Origin: Tubulanus polymorphus
Taxonomy: Eukaryota; Animalia; Nemertea
DNA length: 64,000 nucleotides
NCBI RefSeq assembly: GCF_964204645.1
Contig: NC_134028.1
Coordinates: 18,855,653 to 18,919,652, forward strand
Direction: 5' to 3'
Position 1 is the first letter of the stretch. The number at the start of each line of letters is the position of its first letter. A program made the translations under genes and the position numbers. The notes under the pieces were generated by a model that was not told the DNA's origin, ran no database searches, and saw only the letters and a list, made by a program, of their open reading frames with translations. Shown here piece after piece: positions 52,201 through 64,000 of this stretch.

Positions 52201-54757
52201 ATTGACGAGATAAACCCCAAAATCTTCGAAAGCATGAAGCAGAGAATGACTCTTGAGAATGACTTTTGATTGAGTATCTTGGCTTCGGGGACATACAGAA
52301 TGGGAACGGTTATTTCGCCGTACAGAACCTGGAGAAAATGAAACTAAAACTGGCCACCAAGATCGGTGAACAAGACAATGACAACGTATATTTTCTGTGG
52401 TTTTACGGTGACGATCTCAGCAGTACTGATTTAACCGGTATGATTACTATGTAATTTCACCGAAAATCTAGTGGCAAAAATACGAGTTATTTCTACGAGT
52501 AAAATGAATTATGTTTTGAAGGTTTGACCTTTATATAATCCGGACTAGCCAACGTCTATAAAATATGTGAAATACGAGTAAATTGGTTCCGAACAAAACG
52601 GAGTCGACTCTGTATGTGTAACCACAATCATTTGCAAAATTGGTATTGATGACATGTTCTTTGATTGTGTTGAGTTATAATTTCATTAATTAAAGCAAAG
52701 AATTATCGTCCTATCTCAATTCTCCCCTCTATTTCCAAAATTCTAGAAAAACTTATGTATAATCGACTATCGAACTTCTGTACTAAACATGCAATTCTCT
52801 CCAACAAACAATTTGGCTTTCGGAGAAATATTCAACCGACTTAGCATTGATAACATTACTAGATAAAATCACTAAAAACCTGGAAGATGGTAAAATTACA
52901 GCACTTCTACTTGACCTTAAAAGGCCTTTGATACAATAGATCATTCGATTTTATTGTATAAATTAAATCATAATGGGATCAGAGGTATCACAAATGCATG
53001 GTTTCGGAGTTATCTAACAGGTAGATGTCAACTAACGAATATTAACTGAGCATCATCGGATTTTGAAGCCATTGAAACGGGAATACCTTAAGAATCAATC
53101 CTAGGGCCCCTTTTATTTCTAATACATATCAACATAAAATCTTAGACTCAATCCTTTTTGCAGACGACACAAGCTAAATTCACAGTAATAAATGCTCTAA
53201 AACCCTCGAAACAGAAATGAATTATGAATTAAATTAGTAAGTAAGTGGCTCTCCGCAAATAAACTGTCTTTGGATATCGATAAGACCAACCTTTTATTAT
53301 TCTCGGGAAGAATAAGAATAGCAAGGACCATTAAACTATACATTGATGATAGATGATAAAGAAATTTAAAAAAAGTGACTGCTGCCAGATTTTTAGGCGT
53401 TATGATTGATGAGAAGATTACATGGGAACACCATATACATCAAGTTGAAATTAAAATTGAATTCGAAGAATAATTTTTTATCCTTAGTAAATCAAAATAT
53501 AGACTACCCAATAACACCTTAAAAACAATATATCAATCATTAGCATTGCCTCGCATACAATACTGTATCATCGTCTGGCCTAACAACTACCCCTCAATAC
53601 TAAGTAATCTCTATATCCTGCAGAAAAAAAGCTATGCGCATGATAAAAAAGAAACTTTTCCTAGAGCACTCAGGATCATTATTCAAATCTACGAAACAAC
53701 TCACAATATTCGATATCAATAATCAACAAGTCCTCCAATTCATGTTTAAATCTATGAATGATCTACTTCCCAAGAAATACAAGCATTTATTTACGATTGA
53801 CAAAGTTAAACACAGTCACAATACACACCGATGCAAGGAATTAGATCTTACTTTTACTAAGAATAACTATAGACAATTTACAATAATCCGCAAAGGCCCA
53901 AAACTCTGGAACCCACAAGCGAATCTTCAATCATGTCAATCCCTCACATCCTTTGGAAATACTGTAAAAAAATATTTCATTTCTCAATAAATATAGATTA
54001 GATTATGTATTCCTGATTGATTCAATGTAATGTACCAAATGTCATGGAACTTATACTTTCAATGTTAAATGTTTTGTCGTGTAACTTGTAGGTATGAATG
54101 GGGTGAATGTGCGTGAATGCGAGAGTGTGGGCGACTGGGCCCCTTTCGGGTAATAAGTTTATGTTAACTTCACCAGTCGTCCAGCGTCTTATATTACATT
54201 ATTTTGTATCTATTCCTGCTACTTCATATTGTAATTTAAATCGCGAATAAAACATATACATAATTACCATGGTCAGGGAACGTTGAATATTGAGATTTTC
54301 AGATGTTCAAACAAGTGGGTTTGGTATCTCTGTGACCCCTAGTTATAATCTGATTTAGGCTGTTTTATGTAAAGCTTACGAGTCTGTAAAGGAAGAGAAT
54401 GTCAAAAATGCATATTGTAGCCTAGTTATTGTAATTGTTGGACCTATGACGATACTTTTGTGGAACCAACCCAAATAATGCTTATGTGCCTCTTTTTGCA
54501 GGTTTGACCCAGAACTTCATTCAAAACGCCATCCAATGAGTTTCTTATCGTTTGGTGTAGGTCCGCGTAACTGTATTGGTATGCGATTTGCGTTGTTGGA
54601 GGGTAAATTGGCTTTGGCAACCCTGATTAACAAATATACGGTGGTGAAATGCGCCGATACCCCTGTGCCTTTAAGAAAAACGGAGGGTGTTACTATTGCC
54701 CCGACAGGAGGCACAATACCCGTCAAACTAAGGCTGCGAGACTACAAGACAAAATGA
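46269..54757 (+). CDS. Cytochrome P450, clan 3 (CYP3A/CYP5-like), 546 aa; exons 46269-46327, 46474-46570, 46655-46707, 46804-46903, 47176-47298, 47390-47478, 47589-47755, 48076-48215, 48829-49005, 49094-49240, 50605-50693, 51500-51643, 54502-54757
   Basis: Thirteen GT-AG exons join in frame (1641 nt). N-terminal anchor MYLTAVLIAITTWVFVIFY, GIPGP hinge, WKRLR C-helix, AGFETT I-helix, EILR (ExxR), FDPERF, heme motif FGVGPRNCIG; AATAAA at about 54968. Confidence 0.95.
49554..50363. mobile_element. Non-autonomous element with imperfect inverted arms of about 180 bp, in CYP intron 10
   Basis: GTATGGGCGACGATCCC...CGCGAAGTCATGCGCTGAAATGTCA is mirrored by TGACATTTCAGTGCATGACTTCGCG...GGGATCGTCGCCCATAC. 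Confidence 0.75.
52701..54251 (+). mobile_element. 5'-truncated, decayed non-LTR retrotransposon (L2/CR1-group) RT region in the last CYP intron
   Basis: Frameshifted RT motifs NYRPISIL, SKILEKLMYNR, QFGFR, AFDTIDH, ILGPLLFL, FADDT, FLGVMIDE and GPKLWN; 3' AATAAA at 54246. Confidence 0.9.
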
Positions 54758-55221
54758 AGGATGGGAATTTCTACCAAGATTTTGATACGTACGTGATACT
54801 ATCGATATACAGTACTTATTGAAAACTATAACTAAATGTATAAAAATCCTTCATTCTAACGTCCTGTTATAACAAGTAATGATAAGATATTATCAGATTA
54901 TATTATTAGATTATTTTATTTAGATATTGTTGTGATTGATCTGGCCGAAATATTGTAATATTAGTGAAATAAATTATGTTTTGGAACATACCAATAATGA
55001 TTATCATTGCCTTTGTCGACAAGCTACGTACGATATTGGAATAAGTAGTAGTAGTATATGAGCGGGATGGCGGATGAAACATCAACGTCCATTTTAAAGC
55101 CCTTCAAAGTTTCTCATCAAATCGTAAAGCCACCCGCGTCACCCCCAAAGCCTAAATAAGAAAAAAAATATAAAGTGCCTAAATAAAAAGAAAAAAAAAT
55201 ATAAAGTCCGGAACCCGCATC

Positions 55222-55408
55222 TGTGGGGCTGATTCGGGCCATACTAAAAAATGTTTCTCGCGCGAGAAAACAAAACATTTTTGTTTTCTCGCCAAAAGTT
55301 TTGAAATCTCGCGCGAGAAAGCCAAAAACACGGGCCAATGTGAAATTTTTTTATCGTTGCTCTAGCCTTACAGAAAAAGTTTTTAGAATGGCCCGAATCA
55401 GCCACCAT
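55222..55408. mobile_element. MITE (TTCTCGCGCGAGAA family), nested within a larger TIR-bounded region of about 55099-56249
   Basis: TIRs GGCTGATTCGGGCCATACTAAAAA / TTTTTAGAATGGCCCGAATCAGCC; outer GCCCTTCAAAGT..TTTCTCATC / GATGAGAAA..ACTTTGAAGGGC. Confidence 0.7.
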
Positions 55409-58400
55409 ACGCATTAGATTGTTTACAGTCGACGGCTCTTTCTTTTTAAAATAAAATCACCTCACGCACGTTGTACATGAATCTTTTTTATGCATATCGC
55501 TTTATGATAATTAGTATTGTGTATTAGTAATGTACTTATTGAACATTTCAATATTTTTCTATGATGAACCGGAGCAAGTCAAATCAATCGAGTGGAAGAG
55601 ACCTTCAGTGTGCTTTTGTGTCCTAGTAAAACAGTCAATCAAGAGAAAAATTAGCATAGACTAACTTTGATCTATTCAGAGTTTCATTTCATTTCATCAT
55701 CTTTATTTCTGAATGAATTAGAATTGAATATTACAAGAATAAATAAACTAAGAGAGTGTTACAATATTTATCATTACGTAATATATAATTCTAATACAAC
55801 AGCCAAGATACGGTACCTACAAAAGCCGAAGCTTGAATACTGAAGGCACCTAAAAGTATGACAAGAATGACATTCCCAGCCATTAACAAAATGATTGGGC
55901 TTGTGACCCTGAGAGATTGTATGACATTTTTGACTGCATTTGTTTGAAATTGTGTAGTTTAGATAATGAAAATAAGGAAAATGAACATCTCTTGGTTCTG
56001 TCCACTTAACCTTCTATGGATCGAGAATCTGAAAAACTCCCGCCCTCGTCTCATATAAGTATTACACAGTGAATATTTTTGGATTTAAAAAGAAAAACCT
56101 CCCGCCCTCGCCTCCTTGGAAATTTAAAAATAAGAGTTTATTTCCATTTTTTATTTTAAAAAAGCTCACGACTAAAATATTCGCCCTACCTCGTCTTGAC
56201 TAGAAAAGAGGTTTGGATGAGAAACAGGGTATCAACTTTGAAGGGCCTAAAGTTCGTTGAGACGGGTTGCTGGTATCGATTAAGTTTGTGTAGAAATTAA
56301 TTCTGATTCTGATCAAATCTTCATCAGAATCCTTACACTTTTCTCACGAGCAAATCCTTTTGGAGAGATTCTTTGCCATTTTTATACGATTTAGTGCATC
56401 AATATTTTTTCTCTTTTTTGACATACTCCTGTATACACACTTATTCCTGGCCTGTAAAGATCTCACGTCCCTCTTCAACTGCATCCTTGATTTCTGTCTC
56501 AGATTAAGCTACTTTTTAAGCCTGAAAAACATTTAGCCGTATTCAGAATATTTCTGATTAGTTCCTGCTTTGGAATAATATCATCAACCTATTGATTTTT
56601 TTGCGTTCCAGGTACCGGTACTCAACTTTCAATATTGTGTCCAAATTTCCTTTGTATTATTTGTAGTTCCTCGCTTGTCATTAAGTAACCCTTTGATTTT
56701 CTTGTTTTCAACGACTGGTCATTTAACTCTTGTTTGATATTTTCCATTATGGTGATTAATATTGATGTGTTACTTCATCGACAGTGCTTATTACCAGTGA
56801 TCATTTGTCCAGATTTTTGAAGAATACGTTGTTACATTAAATAGCAGATATGGGATATCGACAAATTCAGGTTCTGGAATTTCTCGTTTGATGACACTAC
56901 TCATGCAGAACCGGAAATTGGAACCTAAATCCACCATGTTTTAGTTCATTTGCAGTATAAGTCTCGCGCTTCAATTTTTTGAAGCGGTATTTTACTTACT
57001 ATACAGCGTTACGCGTTATCCATCAAATATGATTTCTGTATCATTCAAATTTTCGGATTTCAAAAAGCTCTCAAAGTGTAGTACATTATACGACGACCAC
57101 TACGTACTTGGGGAATAAGAAAATTATTCGTATTAATGAGAATTCGCCGCCATAGTTGCCGATCGATTCCTGCTTTACGCCCGCATGTTCACTGTTTGAC
57201 GTTGACAGAACGTTTATCCTTTTGTTGTAGGCTATATGTGCACGATTCTGAATAATGAAATTATAAAGAGGTAAAACGAAATAGATATTTTTCAAAATGT
57301 ATTCATACATTTGTTGATCAATAAGCTTCGGCCCGATGTCAATTAACACTATCATGTCCGATAAAGGCGATCCACTCGATCAGTAATCACACCCGCGGAT
57401 AGGGAATTACATTTCATCAACGAATTTTTTTATGTTCCTATCACCGTTTGTCTAAACTGATCTTTTATGAAAATGATAAAAATGATTTTTTTTATCAAAC
57501 TGACCAAAAAATTCCTTTCACCTCCGCTAAATGAGAATCCTGGCTTGAATGATGAAAAGCCGAGAAAGGGTTCTTTTTTATCACAGTTTGCAGGATTCTA
57601 CGGCGCCCCGGAGGAGACATGGTGAGAAACAGATTTTTTTTTTTCGTTCGAACGAAATGTGTGACATGGTGATGGAAAAATATTTTTAGATAGCCGGTGG
57701 CGCCATCATTATTAATTTTTGTAGGTGAATTTTCTATAAACAATTGATAGAATCAGAATATATCGAACAAAAAATTATGAATGTTAGTGAAATAAATCTA
57801 AACAGTTGAACTAAACCGATTCATCAAACATGGATTTGTTTGATAATGGAACCAGGATAATAGAGCGTTCAATTCACTCGTGAAATTGTCTTTTATAGTC
57901 TACACGATGTACATCCGTTCAATATCATCCCCTTCACTTCACTTCAGATAAGTTTGACATTTATTGTATTTTCAAATAGATTCTGCTTATTTACCCTCAA
58001 CAATCATATTCTAACATTTACACCAGAGGGGCCGCGCGTCCCATGTCATGATCTGGCCATTTTAAACCGAAATTGTGGTGAAAACACAAAAGAGGGCTAA
58101 ATCTGTTTTTAATTTGATTTCCGAATTCTGGGATGCGGATCCGTAGCCTGCTCAAACTAATTAAAAAACGAAATCATTTCGTTCGAACGAAATGGATGAC
58201 CTCAACGACTCATCGACTGATCAAGCCTTTTTACAGTTTCCAGGCGCCAATTTTTGGGTACCCGCCGGGACCGCATTGTTGAATTTTTGTCCCTATTTTT
58301 CCTCTGTTTAATTTTCTTATTTCGTTCATATCTCTGAATTGGATTAAGATAGAAACAAAAGTAAAAATATCAATGAACTCAGCTGATGATTCCCCTTTTT

Positions 58401-59819
58401 TATGATATTACTCATTTATGAATTAAACGCAAAAATGCGCGCTGGTGAAGTTATAAACATTGATGTCGTCTTCCCGATAATTCAACTTGAATTATTACTC
58501 ATCTCATTCAATAATTCTTTCAAATCTTAATCTACATTTTCGGAGTTTTCAGGATCAATAGATATTTTTATGTGGTCGTATGTGCTTTTTACCGTTTTCA
58601 ATTATCTTTATTAGTTTTTAAGTAATGGTGGGTCAAACTTCCAAAACACGTTTTCTAGAGTCCCCTGCGCGCATCTTTATATCAGGAAATTTCACAATTT
58701 TGAAACCATAAAACTGTTAAAAGGCTTATTCAACACGACCACTAGTTTAAGTGGATTGATGGTGGGATCTACGAGCAAAATTGCTCGTAGGTGGGATGGA
58801 CCATGGAACGCGGTCGCAGCCGTTAACGAATCACCTAAATCTTCTAAATATCAAGGACAATATCCATTACAGAATTTGCTCGGACGAAAAAAGATATTAT
58901 TTATTTCTCACCATGTCCCCTCCTGGGCTCCGGGGATTCGAACTTTCATAGAATCATTAGTTTTGACATAATTGCCCTATCGACAGTTCCGTCTTCCTTA
59001 AAAAAGTAATTTCATCTCACTGAGGGAATTCTCTAGAATTATTATTTCCTTCTCCAAAATGATATTTGAATAGATACACCCCGTAAACCAAGCTATTGAA
59101 AAATGGCCCTGCTTAGTCAAAAGTCGGCGAAACGTTGTGCGTTTTAAATGAATTTTTCTGGTGGCTGGGACTTACATATGCAGGCACGGATTGTTTTATT
59201 CGACAACAGTAAGATAAGATAAGATAATTTCAATTGCCATGGTATTTGGAGAGAAAAATAATTTCATTCTATTCTGGTAGTAATGAAAAAGTCTTGAGTG
59301 TCAATAACAAAACAGAATCGAAAAAAGTTCGCCATGGCGTTTGCCGTGTTATTGAAAAATATTGTTTGAATACATATATTTACGGAGAAAAATAAGAACA
59401 TTTTAAAAACATAACAAGGTTATTAACAATATACGTATACAAATAGTCTTTCATGTAGTAATCCAAATCTTCTCGGAAGAAATTGGTAAATCTAAAGTAG
59501 GTCTAAACAAGTGCGCCAAACAATATACGCCTATGGTACGTAGTTTGATTTGCTTCTGAGAAGATGTAGCCCTTTGTCCCCTGTTTATCATATAGGCTTA
59601 ATAGGCTTAATGCAAAAATTTTTTGTGGACTAAACTTGACTAATACTTAAAACTTTACTAAATATGCGACAGGAGCCCAGAATTGCTAATTGGGAATAAA
59701 GTGTTGTGTGGTTGTCACGACCCCTGGTTCAAAGCTATTTTCCTAGATTTTCAGGACTGGGCATGAATATGAAACTATCAAATCTTGATTAATCGATGTC
59801 CTCGCCCATACGTGAGTTG

Positions 59820-59930
59820 GATGACGTGTTGAATCCTATTGCAGTTGGATTGCATCACCCGCCAGCCCGTGCACTCTCTTGCCCAGAGTGTGCTGCCACC
59901 TAGCGACAACGCACGTCTAACCAGGAAGTG
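59820..59930 (+). promoter_or_regulatory. Candidate IRE1 proximal promoter: XBP1/UPRE-type site, CTCF-like site, ETS site
   Basis: GATGACGTGTTGAAT at 59820-59834; TGCTGCCACCTAGCG at 59891-59905; CAGGAAGTG at 59922-59930; all within about 200 bp of the ATG at 60021. Confidence 0.5.
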
Positions 59931-60020
59931 AACGTGTATTTTTGTTTTGTTACAAGTGTCCGATGCCAAATATTACTTTAATCTCGTTATTTCTCCGGTG
60001 GAAATGGTTTTTTGTTACGG

Positions 60021-63000
60021 ATGATGCTCAAGTTATTAAAACTTGCTATTGCACTTGCAGTTCTGCTTCTATACCTTGCCGTGTATAGCAGCAATGGAGC
60101 AAAAAATAAGGTTTTGTATCACAGGGGCTCGTATCAGTTGTAGGTAATGTAAAAACGATAATCTGTTAATCCAATGTATATAGTATATATAAAATAACAA
60201 AGCGGCTAACGACGCTTACAAACTACTCAACTTCAGTCGCTTACTTTTTCGTTATTTTTCATCCGATTTTGATAATCCAGGCATGATAGATATGAAAGCT
60301 AATACCTTCCTGCTTCTAACGAAACTAATCCCGTTAATTTCCGATGAATAGTTCGTGAATTATATGTCTTTGAACGCGAAATTAGGGCTGAAATCGCCTG
60401 GACCGAAAATGCTATGACATTTAAAATTCGAAATTTAAAACGTTGAGTTCGACACGAAATCCTTCACCGATTTTGATGATCGAGGACTTCAAATGCGCAG
60501 AACACTCTATATTTTCTAAATATTGCGGTTGTTTCGTTAATCCATACGATCTTCCAGCTTTGAAAACGCGAATTTTCCGATTTTACGTCAATTCACGAAC
60601 TCCATGCGCGATCTGAAAATGGCGATTGTCATCTCCCACAATGCTTAGCGCAATGCAGAACCGAAATGAATTTTATTTCCAATTTATTTTCTATATATAT
60701 TTACGTGAAATTCAGAATCTATTATAACCTGATCGTGTATTCTAGCTTAAATAAGATAAAACATTATTTGATTGAATTGTTACGAAATAAAATTCACTGC
60801 GGACCTGTTGCTAGTTCATGTTCAAGGTCGCCATCTTGAGATTGCGTGTCGAGTGCGTGAATTGACGGAAAATCGGAAAATTCGCGTTTGCAAAGCTGGA
60901 AGATCGTATGGATTAACGAAACAACCGCAATATCCAGGAAGTATAGAATGTTTTGCGCATTTGAAGCCATCGATCATCAAAATCGGTGAAGGATTTCGTG
61001 TCGAACTCAACGTTTTAAATTTCGAAATCGGCAAAAACCGGCGTCATAGCATTTTCGGTCCAGGCGATTTCGGCCCTAATTTCGCGTTCAAAGACATATA
61101 ATTCACGAACTATTCATCGGAAATTAACGGGATTAGTTTCGTTAGAAGCAGGAAGGTATTAGCTTTCATATCATGCCTGGATTATCAAAATCGGATGAAA
61201 AATAACGAAAAAGTAAGCGACTGAAGTTGAGTAGTTTGTAAGCGTCGTTAGCCGCCTTGTTATTTTATATATACTATATACATTGGATTAACAGATTATC
61301 GTTTTTACATTACCTACAACTCTGATACGAGCCCCTGTGTTTTGTATCAATTCATATGATGAAGATGATGAACTTCTGACTTGTCTTCATTATTGGATCG
61401 CTTTTTATCTAATTAGTTCTTTAAGTAATGTTTAAGTTAGCTCGATTAAAAAGTTGACAGAGTATATTTAGAGCTAGATCCATATAGGGACCTCAATATT
61501 AATATATGGCCTATGCCTATGCTTTATGAGGCACTATATAATTGCACTTTCATAGCCCTTCGCCTTTCCCCAACAAGGTTTTTATTTCTGCATACTAAAT
61601 TCTGAAAGATCTAGGGATTCAAAATCAGTGATTGAGGAAAAATCACATTTTTTATGTCAAAATGTTGATATTTTTGGCCTGAATTATCTTCATTGATTGA
61701 TTTGCTACGGAGAGCGATAATATTTGGATGTCAGTCTAAGTTAGTAATTCCTCACTGAAATATCATGACTTTGAAAGTTGCTAAGAACAAGTTTTCAAGC
61801 ATAATGTACCAGTCAATGAAATGAACCACACTCCAGGGACCCTGGGCATCTGTGCTGATTAGCATTGGCGCTCAGATCACTCAAATAGCAATTACGCTGG
61901 GTCTACTAGCAAGATTAAGAACCCACTATGTACAAATAAAAAGAATTTTAAAATCCAGAATTTATTTATTCAAATAATCTAAACTGTAAAATACACGGCT
62001 TTTCAATCTCATCCTAGAAATCATCGTCAGGTGTGAGATTATCACTAAAAACAGAGGGTAGGCCTATATATAAAGAGGAGAACAGGTTACCTGAGAAAAA
62101 TAGTGAGTAAGTAATTAGTGTTTGGCAAGGCATGAAGTAATATACTTAGAAAGAATGGAATTGTGCGGAGAAAAACCATATTTGAATTGGTACTTATCTA
62201 ATATTGGTGCTATAAGACGATGATCTCTAGGGTGAGATCGAAACGTCATGTAGGCCTAATTTACATTTTAGATTTTTTGAATAAATAAATTCTCGATTTA
62301 GAAATTCTTTTGATTTGTACATAGTGGGTTTTTATCTTATTATCCGTTCACCACGTTTGAGTGTGGTAATCGTAATTAGAAATTGTTCTATCCATAGATC
62401 CATTATAAAATACTTAAAACTCTCTTTAATGGAGATTTCGCTATTTTAGTTTACTTTCTTATAATGTTTGACTGTCTCTTTTGAAATTCCATAAAACGCC
62501 TTATTTGATTTTACATGATTTTACTGCCATTCTAACTATGGAGACAGAGTGTCTGTGTTATTTTTCGGGACATTTTAAAATAGTTATGGGAGACTTCATT
62601 CCTTTTAGCCTACATACCTATTTCTTTGCTGTCAGATAATGCTTATTTTTTACTCTACTAAAACCTACATTTTTCGAGTAACTTCATCAAGTAGTACAAG
62701 CGGTAACACATTTGCTGTCCATGATTTGGCGCAGTGGATCACCTACTCACGCAGGGAATCAGGTGCTGTGGATCCCAATCGGATATTGGGGACAACATCC
62801 TTAGGCGCTATGGATTGGGTTGCAAAGGGGGAAAAGTAGGGCCTATATTCTGTTTTCCTAGTGTCCATGGCAAACATTATTGTAAAAATATTTCATTATT
62901 GTAAAAACATTGAAAAGAAATGCTATGGATCTCTATCCATTGCCAGGATGCAGCTGCTAATTATTGCTCGTCTCCTCGTCAATATGATTATTGACTGGGT

Positions 63001-63620
63001 TTGAGGCAGATATAATTACTTATGGCAACAAGGCCAACACAACATTTTGGATCGACAAAATGGGTCCCAAATTATGAATGTTTAATCACAGCGCTTTACC
63101 AAAAAAAACTATAAAAACATAAGAATCAAAAGTAATTTGTTTTGATTCTCCAGACCTCCCTGATTAATAGTATGCAGAAGTGAAATTATTTTTGGAGGGG
63201 GTATGAAAGTGTAATAGTAGTGTTGTAGTCTGAGCCCTAATTCTAACCCTCTGGACCCTTTGCTCACCTCAACATGGTTCTCGCACTAAGCCTTATAATT
63301 GTTATTCATCCAGCTTTAAGTGATATTATGGTTGACACAAAATTCTAATCAAACATGAAATTTATGTCGAGTGTTATCCTTAGCAAACAGGGAAAAAATG
63401 TCATGATTCATCTGTAGAATTGGTCCACCTTTAGACATCAAGTTCATTTTTAGGGGCTTTTAATGTTTAAATAAGATGGTTCATGACACATGATTGATTT
63501 CATATTTGTAGCCAAATCCAATCCAGCTTCAAGAAGTTCTGCTGTTGGTATCTACATTAGATGGCCATCTTTCTGCTATAAATAAGTACAGTGGATTCAA
63601 ACGATGGACAGTTAAAGAAG
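60021..63620 (+). CDS. ERN1: IRE1/ERN1-like ER stress sensor, 5' part only; exons 60021-60110 and 63512-63620, continuing beyond the window
   Basis: Exon 1 is a signal peptide, MMLKLLKLAIALAVLLLYLAVYSSNGAKNK|GT. Exon 2, PNPIQLQEVLLLVSTLDGHLSAINKYSGFKRWTVKE(g)|GT, matches the IRE1 luminal-domain start ([27 protein letters not shown] as recalled for human). PERK shares STLDG but fits less well. Joining exon 1 to exon 2 is inferred. Confidence 0.78.
60120..61339. mobile_element. Foldback-type DNA transposon with inverted arms of about 505 bp and a perfect TSD
   Basis: Arms 60120-60625 and 60828-61339 around a spacer of about 200 bp; termini CACAGGGGCTCGTATCAG / CTGATACGAGCCCCTGTG; flanking TTTTGTAT duplicated (extendable to GTTTTGTATC). 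Confidence 0.95.
61911..62367. mobile_element. Penelope-like remnant: inverted repeats of about 120 bp, each carrying a minimal hammerhead-like motif
   Basis: 61911-62030 is inverted relative to 62215-62340. Minus-strand motif ACAC-CTGACGA-T-GATTTC-TAGGAT-GAGATT-GAAA-GCC-GTGT; plus-strand motif AGACGA-T-GATCTC-TAGGGT-GAGATC-GAAA-CGTC-ATGT. Confidence 0.7.
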
Positions 63621-64000
63621 GTACGTGCCCCTAGGCCTAGGCCTATTCTATTGTAACTGCCATGAATAGATTTACCATGTTTTTTTGTGGCTAAGGTGCG
63701 CCCTCTATTTTGATAACTGTTTATTCAATTTCTTTATGTTTTCATGATATATCCCCTAGGTTCCACTATCATGACAAATATCGGGTGGACTTATGAAACA
63801 ACAGTATTCAGAACAGTTAATGGAAATAAAGGGCATATCCTTCCTTGATATCGCTGATGTCTTGACTGTTTTTAGAAAAAGTTTTTTTCAATCAACACCC
63901 ATTTGATTATCAACCTCTTAATAGCCCACTTAGAAATAAGTCCCAGCAGACTATTGCAATCACTTCTCGTCCTTGGGTTTATATCTACCCTAGACGCATC

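Noticed and set aside
56330-56990. Purine-rich minus-strand stretch resembling decayed coding sequence
   Set aside because: Multiple stops and no identifiable motif.
59095-59140. Degenerate hammerhead-like string (TTGAAAAA...CGAAACGTT); a similar trace near 27990-28025
   Set aside because: Core and stems are too damaged to support a call.
63760-63847. Possible third IRE1 exon after CCCCTAG (GSTIMTNIGWTYETTVFR...)
   Set aside because: No resemblance to the expected IRE1 continuation (DPVL...FLPDP) and no clear donor.

Overview
AT-rich animal (invertebrate-type) nuclear genomic DNA with spliceosomal introns; the species cannot be determined from the sequence. Four complete spliced genes can be assembled by hand with GT-AG junctions and consistent phases: RPL10 (+, 215 aa), an LRRC75A/B-like LRR gene (-, 275 aa), SPSB3 (-, 414 aa) and a 13-exon clan-3 cytochrome P450 (+, 546 aa). 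The window also holds the first two exons of an IRE1/ERN1-like gene (+, running off the end and absent from the ORF track) and an intronic tRNA-Arg(CCT). The rest is dense in non-autonomous transposons: MITEs, Helentron-like elements, a decayed LINE and a Penelope-like remnant. The most notable cluster is at the IRE1 5' end. It has an XBP1-type element about 200 bp upstream, a 1.2-kb foldback transposon whose target-site duplication overlaps the exon-1 splice donor, and an inverted pair of hammerhead-like motifs in the same intron. All homology calls are motif recognition from memory, not database searches.
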